IMG/VR virus record: IMGVR_UViG_3300036794_000124 | Coordinates: 1-54,276 of that record | DNA length: 54,276 nt | Reading direction: 5' to 3' (one strand) | Source of the DNA: a virus | Taxonomy: Duplodnaviria > Caudoviricetes | Part shown: in pieces, positions 1 through 8,994 of the stretch | Position numbering within the stretch: the first letter of the stretch is position 1 | Layout of the letters: every line of letters begins with the position of its first letter | Notes under the pieces: generated by a model | Database searches by the model: none | What the model saw: only the letters and a program-made list of their open reading frames with translations | What the model was told of the DNA's origin: nothing | Position numbers and translations under genes: made by a program

Positions 1-65
1 GTTGCTCGGGCGATGGGGGCGGTCACCGAGACCCCATACCCATCCTTCGCCGAGGCTGGCGGGGA

Positions 66-389
66 TCAGCGGCGGCGGGCGCGGGCGGCGGCGGTCTTGG
101 CCGAGTGATGAGAGCCGCAGAGGCACTGGCCGTTGGCCGGATCGAACTCGGCGCCGCCGTCCTTCACCTCGATCACGTGATCGGCGAAGAGGCGCGAAGG
201 AAAGGCGACCGTGCAGCGAAAGCCCTGTCGCGTCACCGCTTCGCAGCGCTGGCCGGCGCGCTCAAGCACGGCCGCGCGCCAGGCGCGGTGTTCGGGGGAG
301 AGGTAGAGAGGGTCGGCTTGCTTCGGCGGGGGGCGGACGCGGCGGGCGTCCAGGGTGGGAAGGCGGGGGCCGATCAGGGGGAGGGGCAT
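66..389 (-). CDS. HNH endonuclease (terminase-associated, HK97 gp74-like)
   Basis: ADHVIEVKDGG...N.QCLC..HH..KT HNH motif; directly upstream of terS if the ends are joined. Confidence 0.9.
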   Translation of the reverse strand: MPLPLIGPRLPTLDARRVRPPPKQADPLYLSPEHRAWRAAVLERAGQRCEAVTRQGFRCTVAFPSRLFADHVIEVKDGGAEFDPANGQCLCGSHHSAKTAAARARRR

Positions 390-424
390 GCGGTCAGGCC
401 CTCCCGATCGCGTTTCGAGCGATG

Positions 425-460
425 ATGCTTGGATGGGCTTATTCGGTCACTTCCGTCAAT
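425..460 (-). promoter_or_regulatory. Possible late promoter
   Basis: TTGACG on minus strand at 454-459 in an AT-richer gap between the putative late regulator and HNH; no clear -10. Confidence 0.3.
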
Positions 461-468
461 ACGGTTTT

Positions 469-1203
469 TTACGGCAGTCTCAGGACGTGAGCGACGGTAT
501 CCAGCGCGCGCACGAGGGCGAGCCTGTTGATGGACACCTGGTGGCCGCCGCTGCTCAAATGACGCAGGGATCGTCCCCATCCGGCGACCTGCTGGAGGAC
601 GCGCAGCTCGCGGCGGCCACGCGGGGACGAGGCCAGGGCGGCGGCCACGGCCCGCAGCACCTTGTCGCCGTCCGCGCCCACCACCAGGGCGTGTTCCTTG
701 GCGAGCTTGGCGGAGAACATGCCGCCGCCGGCGCCGTTCCAGTCCACCGCGCCGATGGAGCCCCCATCCTTGGCTTGGAAGATCGCGCGGTATTGCATGC
801 CGGCCACCCACAGGCGGCGATTGTTGAGCCTCTCGCGCGGCGAGAAGTCCGACCCATCCGCCGCGCAGCGATCGAGCAGGAACGCCAGCCCATCGGCCGT
901 GCATCGCCGGCGCCGGCCGGGCTCGGTGCGCGGCGCGTCTTCCACCACCTTGCCGCCGCGCAGCCGTTCCAGGGCATTCTCTTCGGCCAGATCGGCGGCA
1001 TTCATGGCCAGCAGGCGGCGCTTGTCGAGGTTGCGCTCGACGGCCAGGCGCGCCTCGAAGGCCAGGTCGATGGCACCCCCGCGCGCGGGATCGGCGCGCG
1101 GCAGGGAGATGGCGAGGGCGTGCTTGCGCTCCGCCTTCTCCAGCATCCGCAGGTCGTTGGAGGTGACGCCGATGTTCGTCATGACCGTAGCCCGCGCCCT
1201 CAT
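469..1203 (-). CDS. Probable late-gene transcriptional regulator (Q-position protein)
   Basis: Last gene of the early/middle operon before HNH; C-terminal HTH-like segment (VLQQVAGWGRSLRHL); ATGA overlap with initiator; function inferred from position. Confidence 0.5.
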   Translation of the reverse strand: MRARATVMTNIGVTSNDLRMLEKAERKHALAISLPRADPARGGAIDLAFEARLAVERNLDKRRLLAMNAADLAEENALERLRGGKVVEDAPRTEPGRRRRCTADGLAFLLDRCAADGSDFSPRERLNNRRLWVAGMQYRAIFQAKDGGSIGAVDWNGAGGGMFSAKLAKEHALVVGADGDKVLRAVAAALASSPRGRRELRVLQQVAGWGRSLRHLSSGGHQVSINRLALVRALDTVAHVLRLP

Positions 1204-2138
1204 GTCTCGCCCCTTACGATGCTGAGATCCCGGAATGCCGTTCGCAGCGCCTCGGTGAGGCGCTCGACGGCGAGCGACGTGCGGCAGACGATGCGCCGCT
1301 GCGCCTCGTCCCAGTGGGCCGGATCGAGCCAGGAGACTGCGAAGCCCTCGCCCTGGCCGGCGACCACGGCGGCGCGGATGTCGGCGGGCCCGGTCCAGCC
1401 GGTGGGCCGAGCAATCGCCGACGACGCCCCCTCGACGAAGGCCCGCCAGCGGCCGAAGCCCAGGAACTTCTCGATCGGCATCGGCACATAGTCGCGGCGC
1501 TTGCAGAGCGGCGAAGCGGCATAGGCGGCGGCGCAGGCGATCAGCACGCCGGACGTTTCGCCCGCCGCCAGCAGCGCCTGGAACGCCGCCCAGGCCGTCG
1601 CCCGGTCCGACACCGCCAGCCACAGCTTCGGTCCCGCCGCCTCGAGCGCCTCGAACGCTTCAAAGCGCGCGTTTCGCGTCTCGCCCGCGCGCCCGTCTTG
1701 GGCTTCTTCTTGGTAGTTTCCTTTCTCTTTGGGTGACACTGTGTCAGGGGAAGATTGACACGGTGTCACCCCTAGACCTGACACGCTGTCAGGGGACGGG
1801 TCTTCCCCTGACACGGTGTCAGGGGAAGCTCGCTCGGCCAGGAGCCGCTCGCGCGTCGAGGCGAAACCGCGCTCCAGCGGATAGCGATAGAGGGGAATGA
1901 GCTTGCCGCGATGGAGTTTGTTCTCGCCCGTGGCCTCCAGCAGCTGCGCCCCCTTCAGCCGCGCCAGGGCCCGGTAGACCGAGCGCTCGTCGATGTCGGC
2001 CTCGATGGCCAGCAGGGGCACGGACGCCCAGGCGATCCCCTCGGCATCGGCATAGGCGGCCAGGCACACCAGCACCGCCTTGGCCGAGCCGGTGGGGGCC
2101 TTCTGCGCCTTGGCCCAGGTGACGGCCTCGCCGCTCAT
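1200..2138 (-). CDS. Replication initiator, N-terminal winged HTH (lambda O-like)
   Basis: MSGEAVTWAK...AKAVLVCLAAYADAEG...SVPLLAIEADIDERSVYRALARL; internal iterons encode PDTVS repeats; start trimmed from the longer ORF to the ATG at 2138. Confidence 0.8.
   Translation of the reverse strand: MSGEAVTWAKAQKAPTGSAKAVLVCLAAYADAEGIAWASVPLLAIEADIDERSVYRALARLKGAQLLEATGENKLHRGKLIPLYRYPLERGFASTRERLLAERASPDTVSGEDPSPDSVSGLGVTPCQSSPDTVSPKEKGNYQEEAQDGRAGETRNARFEAFEALEAAGPKLWLAVSDRATAWAAFQALLAAGETSGVLIACAAAYAASPLCKRRDYVPMPIEKFLGFGRWRAFVEGASSAIARPTGWTGPADIRAAVVAGQGEGFAVSWLDPAHWDEAQRRIVCRTSLAVERLTEALRTAFRDLSIVRGET
1734..1821. repeat. Four palindromic iterons TGACAC-N-GTGTCA (probable replication origin)
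   Basis: Copies at 1734-1746, 1756-1768, 1779-1791 (one mismatch), 1809-1821; adjacent T-rich tract about 1703-1730. Confidence 0.8.
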
Positions 2139-3811
2139 GCGGCCCGCTCCAGCGTCGGCGTCGGCGACGCCGCGCCCTTGCCGTCGAGATAGCGGCGGAC
2201 CAGGCGCTTGAGCCCCTCGCCGTCGGCGGCGACGCGCTGGACGCCGAGGCTCGGATCGACGATGGCGCTCGCCTGGGCCGCCTTGAGGCCCAGCACCTCC
2301 ATCATCGGCGGATCGGAGCCGTCCTCGCAGACGAGGAAGATCGCCGTCACCGGCTCTTTCTGGCCCTCGCGATCCAGCCGGCCGATGCACTGGTGATGGA
2401 CGCCCGGCGACCAGTCGAGTTCGCCGAACACCATGGTCGAGGCGCGGTATTGCAGCCCGTCGAGCCCCGCGCCGGACCGCAGGCTCATGATCAGGAGGTT
2501 CGTCTGGCCGTTCACGAAGGCGTCGCGCGAGGCGTTCTTGCCGGCCGCCGTCTCGGAGCCGGTGTAGAGCGCCGGCTTGAGGTGGGCCAGCTCGGAGAGC
2601 CAGATGTCGTAGACGTCGCGATGCCAGCCGACGAGGACGATGGGCGTCCCGCCCTCGACGAGGATGCGGGCGATCGTCGCCACCGACTTCGCCTTGGCGA
2701 CGCCAGTGGCGTGGCGCACGCGCAGGTCGAGCATCCTCGTGGCCGCGCCGCGCTGGATGAACTCCCCGGTCGTGGCGCGATGGGCGAGATCGCGGGCCAG
2801 GTCGTCGATCGAGGCCATCTCGACGCGGTCGTAATCGATGGTGTCGACGATGCGGTTGACCGGCGGCATCTGCTGGCCGACATCGGCCTTGGTGCGGCGG
2901 ATGAAGACGTGGCTGTCGCGAAGATAGGTTCCCAGCGCCTTGGGATCGCGGATGACGCCGAAGCCCCACTCGCGGCCGAACTCGTCGAAGCCGCCCAGCG
3001 CCGCCGCGTTGAGGAAGCGCATGACGTTCCAGATCTCGGCCCCGTAGTTGTAGATCGGCGTGGCGCTGAGCCCGAGGCGGCGAACGGCGTGATCGGCGAG
3101 CCGACGGGCGGCGCGGCCCTTCTCCGTCTCCTCGCCGCGGCGCAGATCCTGGACCTCGTCGAAGGCCACGAGGCCCACGCCCATCCAGCCGATCACGTCG
3201 GCCCACCCGGCGATCTGGCTGTAGCGGAAGACCATGACGTCGCAGGCCGGCATGCCGTACGGCCGCGTCCCCTTGACCGGGTGAGCGCGCAAGGTGGTGA
3301 AGCGCTCGATGACCTCGCACCACTGGCGCTGGAGATGGGCGTGGTAGACGACGATGGCCGGCAGGGCGCCGGGCGACAGGCACGCCCCGGCGGTGATGAA
3401 GGTCTTGCCGAGGCCCACCTCGTCGCCGACCAGCAGGCCACCGGAGGCCTCGAGGAGGGCGATCGCCTGCGCCTGGTAGGGCCGGATTTCCATGCCTTCG
3501 CGCAGGCCCACGAGCGGCGGGGGCGTGTAGTCGGCGCGGAGGATCATCTCCATGGCGTCTTGCGCCGCCGCATGCTTCTCGACCGCGCCGGCCAGCCGGC
3601 CGATGTCGGATGCCGACGCGGCCAGGGGATAGCGGTGCAGGAACCAGGCGAGATCGGCGGCCCGCTCGGGCGTGTCGCGGAACTTGAACGGCGGCCCGGC
3701 GGCGATCGGGATTTGCGGGAAGAGCGCCTTGAGCCTGATGATCGCGTGCGGCTCCAGCGCCCCGATCACCCAGGCGTCGCCGACATGGGCCAGGGCGCCG
3801 TAGGTCCTCAC
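2135..3811 (-). CDS. SNF2-family (SF2) helicase
   Basis: DEVGLGKT Walker A, FDEVQ Walker B, LSATP, GAGLDGLQ, QCIGRLDREGQ motif VI; GTG start overlapping the upstream stop. Confidence 0.88.
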   Translation of the reverse strand: MRTYGALAHVGDAWVIGALEPHAIIRLKALFPQIPIAAGPPFKFRDTPERAADLAWFLHRYPLAASASDIGRLAGAVEKHAAAQDAMEMILRADYTPPPLVGLREGMEIRPYQAQAIALLEASGGLLVGDEVGLGKTFITAGACLSPGALPAIVVYHAHLQRQWCEVIERFTTLRAHPVKGTRPYGMPACDVMVFRYSQIAGWADVIGWMGVGLVAFDEVQDLRRGEETEKGRAARRLADHAVRRLGLSATPIYNYGAEIWNVMRFLNAAALGGFDEFGREWGFGVIRDPKALGTYLRDSHVFIRRTKADVGQQMPPVNRIVDTIDYDRVEMASIDDLARDLAHRATTGEFIQRGAATRMLDLRVRHATGVAKAKSVATIARILVEGGTPIVLVGWHRDVYDIWLSELAHLKPALYTGSETAAGKNASRDAFVNGQTNLLIMSLRSGAGLDGLQYRASTMVFGELDWSPGVHHQCIGRLDREGQKEPVTAIFLVCEDGSDPPMMEVLGLKAAQASAIVDPSLGVQRVAADGEGLKRLVRRYLDGKGAASPTPTLERAA

Positions 3812-4200
3812 AGCCACGCCCTCCCGAGGCCGACGACGAAGAGCGGCTTGCCGCCGACCTCGCGGGGCATGTCGAGCGCGCGGCCGGCGTAGGCGAGGAT
3901 GAGCGCCTCGACGGCGGGATACTGGGCGTAGCGCGCCAGCTGGCGAAGGGCGCTGGGACCATGGGCGCGCCGGGCCTTGCACTCGACGACGACGCATCCG
4001 GCGACGAGGAAGTCGGGCCGATCGGCCGGCCCCAGACGATGCTCGCGCGAGACGAGGTAGGGCGTGTCGGCGGCCAGCACGGCGTGAACGTCGGCCTGGC
4101 ACTCCGCCTCGGTGGAGATCGCCACCCGCGCCCGCGAGAGAGCCTCACAGACGGCGACCGCGATCGGGTGTGAACGGCGTTCGCCCCCCGGCTCGCTCAC
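3808..4200 (-). CDS. Small PD-(D/E)XK restriction-endonuclease-fold protein
   Basis: RPDFLV...VVVECK...QLARY motif. Confidence 0.65.
   Translation of the reverse strand: MSEPGGERRSHPIAVAVCEALSRARVAISTEAECQADVHAVLAADTPYLVSREHRLGPADRPDFLVAGCVVVECKARRAHGPSALRQLARYAQYPAVEALILAYAGRALDMPREVGGKPLFVVGLGRAWL
4170..4184. repeat. Dispersed 15-bp palindrome, one mismatch (GTGAACGGCGTTCGC)
   Basis: Read directly. Confidence 0.75.
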
Positions 4201-4427
4201 GGCTGACTGCCCCGCAAGACAAGCTCCAGGCGATCGCAAGGGAATATCGCCGACTGGAGGCGACGATTGCGCGCGCCGCCCATCCAGATGCAGGTGACCT
4301 CGCGCACGGTCTCGCCATCGGCGACGCCGACGAGCATCAAAGGGTTCGCGCCAGCGACGCCCTTCAGGCGCACCACGTCGCCCTCGGTGAGGCCATGGCG
4401 GCGAAGGGGAATGACCTCCGCGCTCAT
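4197..4427 (-). CDS. YodC/DUF2158-like small protein
   Basis: GDVVRLK...PLM.V...VTCIW...F....LE pattern. Confidence 0.6.
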   Translation of the reverse strand: MSAEVIPLRRHGLTEGDVVRLKGVAGANPLMLVGVADGETVREVTCIWMGGARNRRLQSAIFPCDRLELVLRGSQP

Positions 4428-4612
4428 GGCCGCACCGCCGGGATCAGGGACGCGCTGCGGTCGCAGACGTCGTGGAAGAAGCGCAGCTCCTCGTCGGTGA
4501 GGCGGCGCCAGAAGGCCACGACCACGAATCGGTCATCCTCCGCGTCCCGCCCGACGCCACGGACGGCGATCGGGTCGCGCGGGCGGCGCTCGGGGAAATC
4601 GACCACGCTCAC
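4424..4612 (-). CDS. Hypothetical protein
   Basis: GTGA/ATGA overlaps on both sides within the operon. Confidence 0.5.
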   Translation of the reverse strand: MSVVDFPERRPRDPIAVRGVGRDAEDDRFVVVAFWRRLTDEELRFFHDVCDRSASLIPAVRP

Positions 4613-4812
4613 GACGCCCTCCGCCAGGCGCAGCAGTAGGAGGCGGTTCCGACCGGGATGTTGAAGTGTGCGCAGGCGCGCGTCCTCGCCGGATCGAACC
4701 CGCCGCGGATACCGGGCGGGGGCGCGTAGGCGCCTCCATACTGGCAGTTGCCGCAACAGGCGTCGGGCTCGGCTTTGGCCAGCGCGGGCGCCAGCTTCTT
4801 GGCCGACTTCAT
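4609..4812 (-). CDS. Small Cys-rich hypothetical protein
   Basis: CCGNC...C...YCCAW; coupled overlaps. Confidence 0.55.
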   Translation of the reverse strand: MKSAKKLAPALAKAEPDACCGNCQYGGAYAPPPGIRGGFDPARTRACAHFNIPVGTASYCCAWRRAS

Positions 4813-4982
4813 GGCCCTCTCCGCAGGGGATGGCCGACAGGCGGCGTCCAGCCATTGCGCACGAGCGCTTCTTCCAGAACCGCGCACTTGTCGTTCCACG
4901 AGCCTGCCTGCGCCGCGCGCAACGCCTCGTAGATCGCCTGATCGGGGACGCCGGCGAGAGGCGTCTTTTCAGCCGCTCTCAC
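4809..4982 (-). CDS. Hypothetical protein
   Basis: GTGA/ATGA overlaps with both neighbours. Confidence 0.45.
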   Translation of the reverse strand: MRAAEKTPLAGVPDQAIYEALRAAQAGSWNDKCAVLEEALVRNGWTPPVGHPLRRGP

Positions 4983-7612
4983 GCCGCCGCCTCCTCTCTG
5001 ATCCCCATCAGATCGAACAAGCTCGGCGTGGCCATCTCGCGCGCCGTGGCCTCGACGATCTTGCAGGCGTCGAGGAAGTAGTCGCCGTTGAGTTCGCACC
5101 CCGACCCGCGCCGCCCGAGCTTGATCGCCCGCATCGGCGTGGTGCCGATCCCCATGAAGGGGTCGAAGACCATGTCGCCGGGCTCGCTGAACTGGACGAT
5201 CAGCCGGTCGGCGATGTCGAAGGGCATGGGGCAGAGGTGCATTTCGCGCCCGGCCGCCGCCTGCAAGGTGTTGGCGCTCAGCATCTGGGCGACGTCGGTC
5301 CACACGTCCGGGTGCCAGCTGAACGGCGGCAGGAGCATGAACGTCGGGGGGAGTTTCCCCATGGCGTCCAGGTCCTCGCAGATGCGCACGTGGTGCTCGA
5401 AGTCGTACCACTGGGTCAGATTGAACCGCTCCCAGAGGCGGCGCACCTCGGCGAGCTTGTCCCAGCTCGCCCAGTCGGAGGTGGTGAGCAGCCGGTCGCC
5501 GCTCGCCCGGGTCAGGTGGTGCGCGTCCAGCTGCCAGCGCCCTCGCGAATAGCCGGTCCCGACCACGGGGCGGATGTCGCTCCGCTTGGTCGAATAGGCC
5601 GCCGGCTCCCCGGCCCGGTCGACGAAATCGGGCCGGGGCTTGCCCACCGGCCGGTCCGCGTAGCCGCTCGAGGAATCGCTGGGCGGGCGGCGGAACAGGA
5701 GCACCTTTTCCGGCAGGCCCGCGCCCATCCGGGAACCGTCCTTCAACTGCTCGGACCAGCCGAGGCGATAGGTCTGGTTGTTCTCGCGGACGACGTCGGT
5801 GAGGTTGGTCTTCTCGCCCAGGTAGGCGAAGCCGTGCTTGCGGAAGCAGGCCCGGCAATCGTCGGCGAAGGGATAGACCGTCTGGAAGCCGAGGCCGGTG
5901 AGGCCCCCCGGCACGATCCGGTCCTTGACATGGATCGCCGCCACCCGCCCGGGCTCCAGGATGCGCAGCAGCTGCGGGACGAGGAAGTCCATCTGGCGCC
6001 AGAAGTGGTCGGCGTCGTCGGTATGGCCGAGGTCGTTATAGCTCGGCGAATACTCGTACTGCGTGCCGAACGGGATGCTGCTGACGATCAGCTGCACGCT
6101 CCCCTCGGCCATGGCGCGGGTCTCATAGACGCAGTCGTTCCTCGCCAGCACATAGCGCGGCGAGGGCGAGGCCTCGCTCACCTCGATCCGGTGCTCCGGC
6201 TCGAAGAGGGAGCGGGTGAGCGCGCTCGCCATCGCCGCCTCGGAAAGTCCGAACTCGCGGATGATCGCGGTCATCTTGGCCACCATGGTTTCGTGCTGCC
6301 GCCACTTGCGGCGAAGGTTCTCGACCTCCTCGCGCTGGCTCTCGGAATGGACGATGTCGATCCAGACTTCCCGCTCCTGGCCGAAGCGCAGGAGGCGATG
6401 AATGGCCTGGATGAAGTCGTGGAACTTCGACGAGACGCCGGCGAAGATCGCCCAGCGACAATGACGCTGCAGATTCGTGCCCGCGCCCAGCATCGAGGGC
6501 TTGGCCCCCAGCCGCGCGACGAAGCCGTCGGCGAAGGCCCCGACGATCTCCTCGCGAGCCTCCAGATCCTGGCTTCCGTAGACGGTGGCCATGTCCGGGC
6601 AGGCGGCCTCGAGGATGGCCCGCTCGGCCTCCAGGTCGTGCCAGACGAGGGCGTGCTCGGCCGGCCGTTCGGCCAGCAGGCCGGCGACCTTGGAGAGCCG
6701 GGCGTGGATGGTGGTGCGCTTCTCGGCCGCCGCCTCGACGACGCCGAGGGAGGCATTGCGGAACATCACGCCCTGGCCGGACTTCTCGGCCCGCGCCTCG
6801 CGATGGTCGACCTTGACCTCGTGCCAGGTGACGGTCATGGGCGGGAGGCGATAGCCCTCATCGTCGGCCTCATCGCCGGTGATGTCGCTGGGCCGGGTGA
6901 TGAAGAGCGCCCAGCTGGCCACCCACAGCCAGAACTCCGCCTCCTTGTGCGGATGCAGGGTGAGGGCGTCGGCCTTGGTGCTGTCGCGGCGGAAGAACCG
7001 CGTCTTGGCCTCGCCCACGTCCATGACGCCCAGGAAGGCGGCGTAGGCCAGCAGCTCGATGTAGTCGTTGGGCGAGGGCGTCGCGGTGGCGACGAAGCGA
7101 TAGGGCACGTCCCGCCAGCCGTCGTTCATGAAGGCCCGGAACGCCTTGGTTCCGCCCATGCCGCGCAGCACGGCCGCCTCGTCCAGGGACACGAAGCCGA
7201 AGAGCTCGGCCGGGAGCTTGTTCTCCCGCGCCGTCTCGTAGTTGGTGAGGTAGAGCCCGGGCCCGGCGCACTCGACGAGGGATCGGACGAAGGTGATCTT
7301 GATCCCCAGCTGGGCCGCGTCGCGCATGAACTCGCGCCGCACGCCCAGCGGGGCGACGATGAGGCCGCGCGCCGGGGCGGGAAGGCGCTTGAGCGTGCGA
7401 TCGCCGGCGACCAGCTGCATGGTCGTCTTGTGCAGGCCGAAGCTGGCGAACACCGCGCGCCGGCCGCCGGCCAGCATCCAGGAGATGGCGCGGGCCACGT
7501 GCGGCCTGATCCACGGATGGGAAAGCTCACCGGGGTCGACCGCGAACCCCGACGACCCCGCCAGCCGCACCTTGGCCTCGAGGAAGGCGTGATAGTCGGG
7601 CTGGACGGTCAT
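4979..7612 (-). CDS. SNF2-like helicase fused to N4/N6 DNA methyltransferase
   Basis: N-half FGLHKT, LDEAA, ATATPSPND, QAIHRLLRFGQ; C-half SVQLIVSSIPF (motif IV), HLCPM, VFDPFMGIGTT (motif I), G.ELN. Confidence 0.88.
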   Translation of the reverse strand: MTVQPDYHAFLEAKVRLAGSSGFAVDPGELSHPWIRPHVARAISWMLAGGRRAVFASFGLHKTTMQLVAGDRTLKRLPAPARGLIVAPLGVRREFMRDAAQLGIKITFVRSLVECAGPGLYLTNYETARENKLPAELFGFVSLDEAAVLRGMGGTKAFRAFMNDGWRDVPYRFVATATPSPNDYIELLAYAAFLGVMDVGEAKTRFFRRDSTKADALTLHPHKEAEFWLWVASWALFITRPSDITGDEADDEGYRLPPMTVTWHEVKVDHREARAEKSGQGVMFRNASLGVVEAAAEKRTTIHARLSKVAGLLAERPAEHALVWHDLEAERAILEAACPDMATVYGSQDLEAREEIVGAFADGFVARLGAKPSMLGAGTNLQRHCRWAIFAGVSSKFHDFIQAIHRLLRFGQEREVWIDIVHSESQREEVENLRRKWRQHETMVAKMTAIIREFGLSEAAMASALTRSLFEPEHRIEVSEASPSPRYVLARNDCVYETRAMAEGSVQLIVSSIPFGTQYEYSPSYNDLGHTDDADHFWRQMDFLVPQLLRILEPGRVAAIHVKDRIVPGGLTGLGFQTVYPFADDCRACFRKHGFAYLGEKTNLTDVVRENNQTYRLGWSEQLKDGSRMGAGLPEKVLLFRRPPSDSSSGYADRPVGKPRPDFVDRAGEPAAYSTKRSDIRPVVGTGYSRGRWQLDAHHLTRASGDRLLTTSDWASWDKLAEVRRLWERFNLTQWYDFEHHVRICEDLDAMGKLPPTFMLLPPFSWHPDVWTDVAQMLSANTLQAAAGREMHLCPMPFDIADRLIVQFSEPGDMVFDPFMGIGTTPMRAIKLGRRGSGCELNGDYFLDACKIVEATAREMATPSLFDLMGIREEAAA

Positions 7613-7806
7613 GGCCAAGTCGCCTGGGGCCGCTCGCGCGCCAGGCCCGCGAACTCCGCGAGGTCGGCGGCGAGGTCGTCCGCGTCCTGCGGCGACATCT
7701 TGAAGAGCAGCGGATCGCCATAGGTGACGCCCGCGCCGGTCCGCTCCGTCGGCCACAGATGGACGACGCCGGCATGGGCGGAGACGACCATGAGGACGCG
7801 GCTCAT
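7609..7806 (-). CDS. Hypothetical protein
   Basis: ATGA-coupled ORF. Confidence 0.5.
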   Translation of the reverse strand: MSRVLMVVSAHAGVVHLWPTERTGAGVTYGDPLLFKMSPQDADDLAADLAEFAGLARERPQATWP

Positions 7807-8054
7807 GGGTTGATCGCCCGGCGGATGTTGCCGCTGATGGCGCGAACCGCCATCCAGTAGGCGGCCATCGGCCCCTTGTTCTTGATCCAGCACGCATGGG
7901 CGCGCTTGTTCGCGTCGACCGAGATGTCGTGACAGAGCGCCCTGATCGCCGAGCGCGATTCCGGGGACAAGGTGTTGACCCGTTTCATCGCCTCCAGCGC
8001 CAGGATCGGGTTCTTCACCTCGCGCCGATTGTTGCGAACGCCGTTCGCGGTCAT
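7803..8054 (-). CDS. Hypothetical protein
   Basis: ATGA-coupled ORF, basic and helical-looking. Confidence 0.55.
   Translation of the reverse strand: MTANGVRNNRREVKNPILALEAMKRVNTLSPESRSAIRALCHDISVDANKRAHACWIKNKGPMAAYWMAVRAISGNIRRAINP
8034..8048. repeat. Dispersed palindrome GCGAACG-C-CGTTCGC
   Basis: Perfect copy, just inside the start of 7803-8054. Confidence 0.9.
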
Positions 8055-8671
8055 GCGGCGCGCTCCAGTAGGGTCCGGCGCGTCGCGAAGTCCCAGGCGA
8101 AGACGCGGCGCACATAGTCGAGCGCCTCGGCTCCCAGGGTCGGCGGATGGATTTTGCCGACCGTGGCGTTGTGTGCGCCGAGATCGAGGCCGAGCCCGCG
8201 GGCGAAGGCCGGTAGATGCTCGAAGGGATAGACCGCGGTCCCGAGGTCCGGCCGCAGGGTCAGCCACTGGCTCTTGCGGTTCTCCGGCAGAGGATGGCGG
8301 ACCGTGAACTCGGCGAAGAAGCGCCCCTGGCCAGCCCGGTCATAGGGCGAGGTGAAGACGATCTCGTTGTCGACCAGCCAGTTGTCGAACGGCTTGGCCG
8401 CGCTGGTCCGCAGCGAGGCGATGTAGGCCGGGTCGTGATCCCCGGCGAAATCGCGCATGAACTTGTAGACGCTCCACAGCCGCTCGACCGGCTCGCGCAC
8501 GAAGCCGACCTTGCGCCAGGTGTCGTAGCCGGCCGGGACGCCGTCGGCCTCCATGTGGCGATAGAGCAGCATGGAGCGCGGAAACTTCGCCGCGATCGCC
8601 CGGCGCAGCGACCCGGACCCGGTGCGCGGGACGAGGAGGAACACCGTCTTGATCTCCGGCACGAGGATCAC
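8051..8671 (-). CDS. Sulfotransferase family 2-like protein
   Basis: 5'-PSB loop FLLVPRTGSGSL and 3'-PB motif FVREPVERLWSVY. Confidence 0.75.
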   Translation of the reverse strand: MILVPEIKTVFLLVPRTGSGSLRRAIAAKFPRSMLLYRHMEADGVPAGYDTWRKVGFVREPVERLWSVYKFMRDFAGDHDPAYIASLRTSAAKPFDNWLVDNEIVFTSPYDRAGQGRFFAEFTVRHPLPENRKSQWLTLRPDLGTAVYPFEHLPAFARGLGLDLGAHNATVGKIHPPTLGAEALDYVRRVFAWDFATRRTLLERAA

Positions 8672-8994
8672 GCGGCGTCCTCCGCTGGTGCGCCGGCCAT
8701 GGCGTGCCAGGCGCGGAGGAGATCGAGCTTGCGGTGAGCGCGGGCAGCCATCCGGTCGTGGTCGAGGCCGAAGCGCTCATGAACCAGCTGGAGGTTCGCC
8801 GCGACGTCGGCGATCTCCTCCTCCAGCCACTCGCGGTTGAGCTTGCCGGTGACCGGCTCGCGCTCGTCGAGGCCCTGGATGATGCAGCGCGCCACGGCCG
8901 CCTGGCACTCACCCAACTCCTCGGCGAGCTTGCCCAGGTGCTTGAGGTCGACGGCGTCCTTGATCGGCCGCCAGGGCCCCGGGCCGGCGGTCAT
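8668..8994 (-). CDS. MazG-like all-alpha NTP pyrophosphohydrolase
   Basis: KLAEELGE...LEEEIADV (EExxE...ExxD). Confidence 0.8.
   Translation of the reverse strand: MTAGPGPWRPIKDAVDLKHLGKLAEELGECQAAVARCIIQGLDEREPVTGKLNREWLEEEIADVAANLQLVHERFGLDHDRMAARAHRKLDLLRAWHAMAGAPAEDAA

Noticed and set aside
1200-4148. 982-aa ORF
   Set aside because: Only 1200-2138 is protein-like; the rest is an alternative frame of the SNF2 gene
4748-7723. 991-aa plus-strand ORF
   Set aside because: Antisense shadow of the helicase-MTase gene; high GC3 removes stops and no motifs are present
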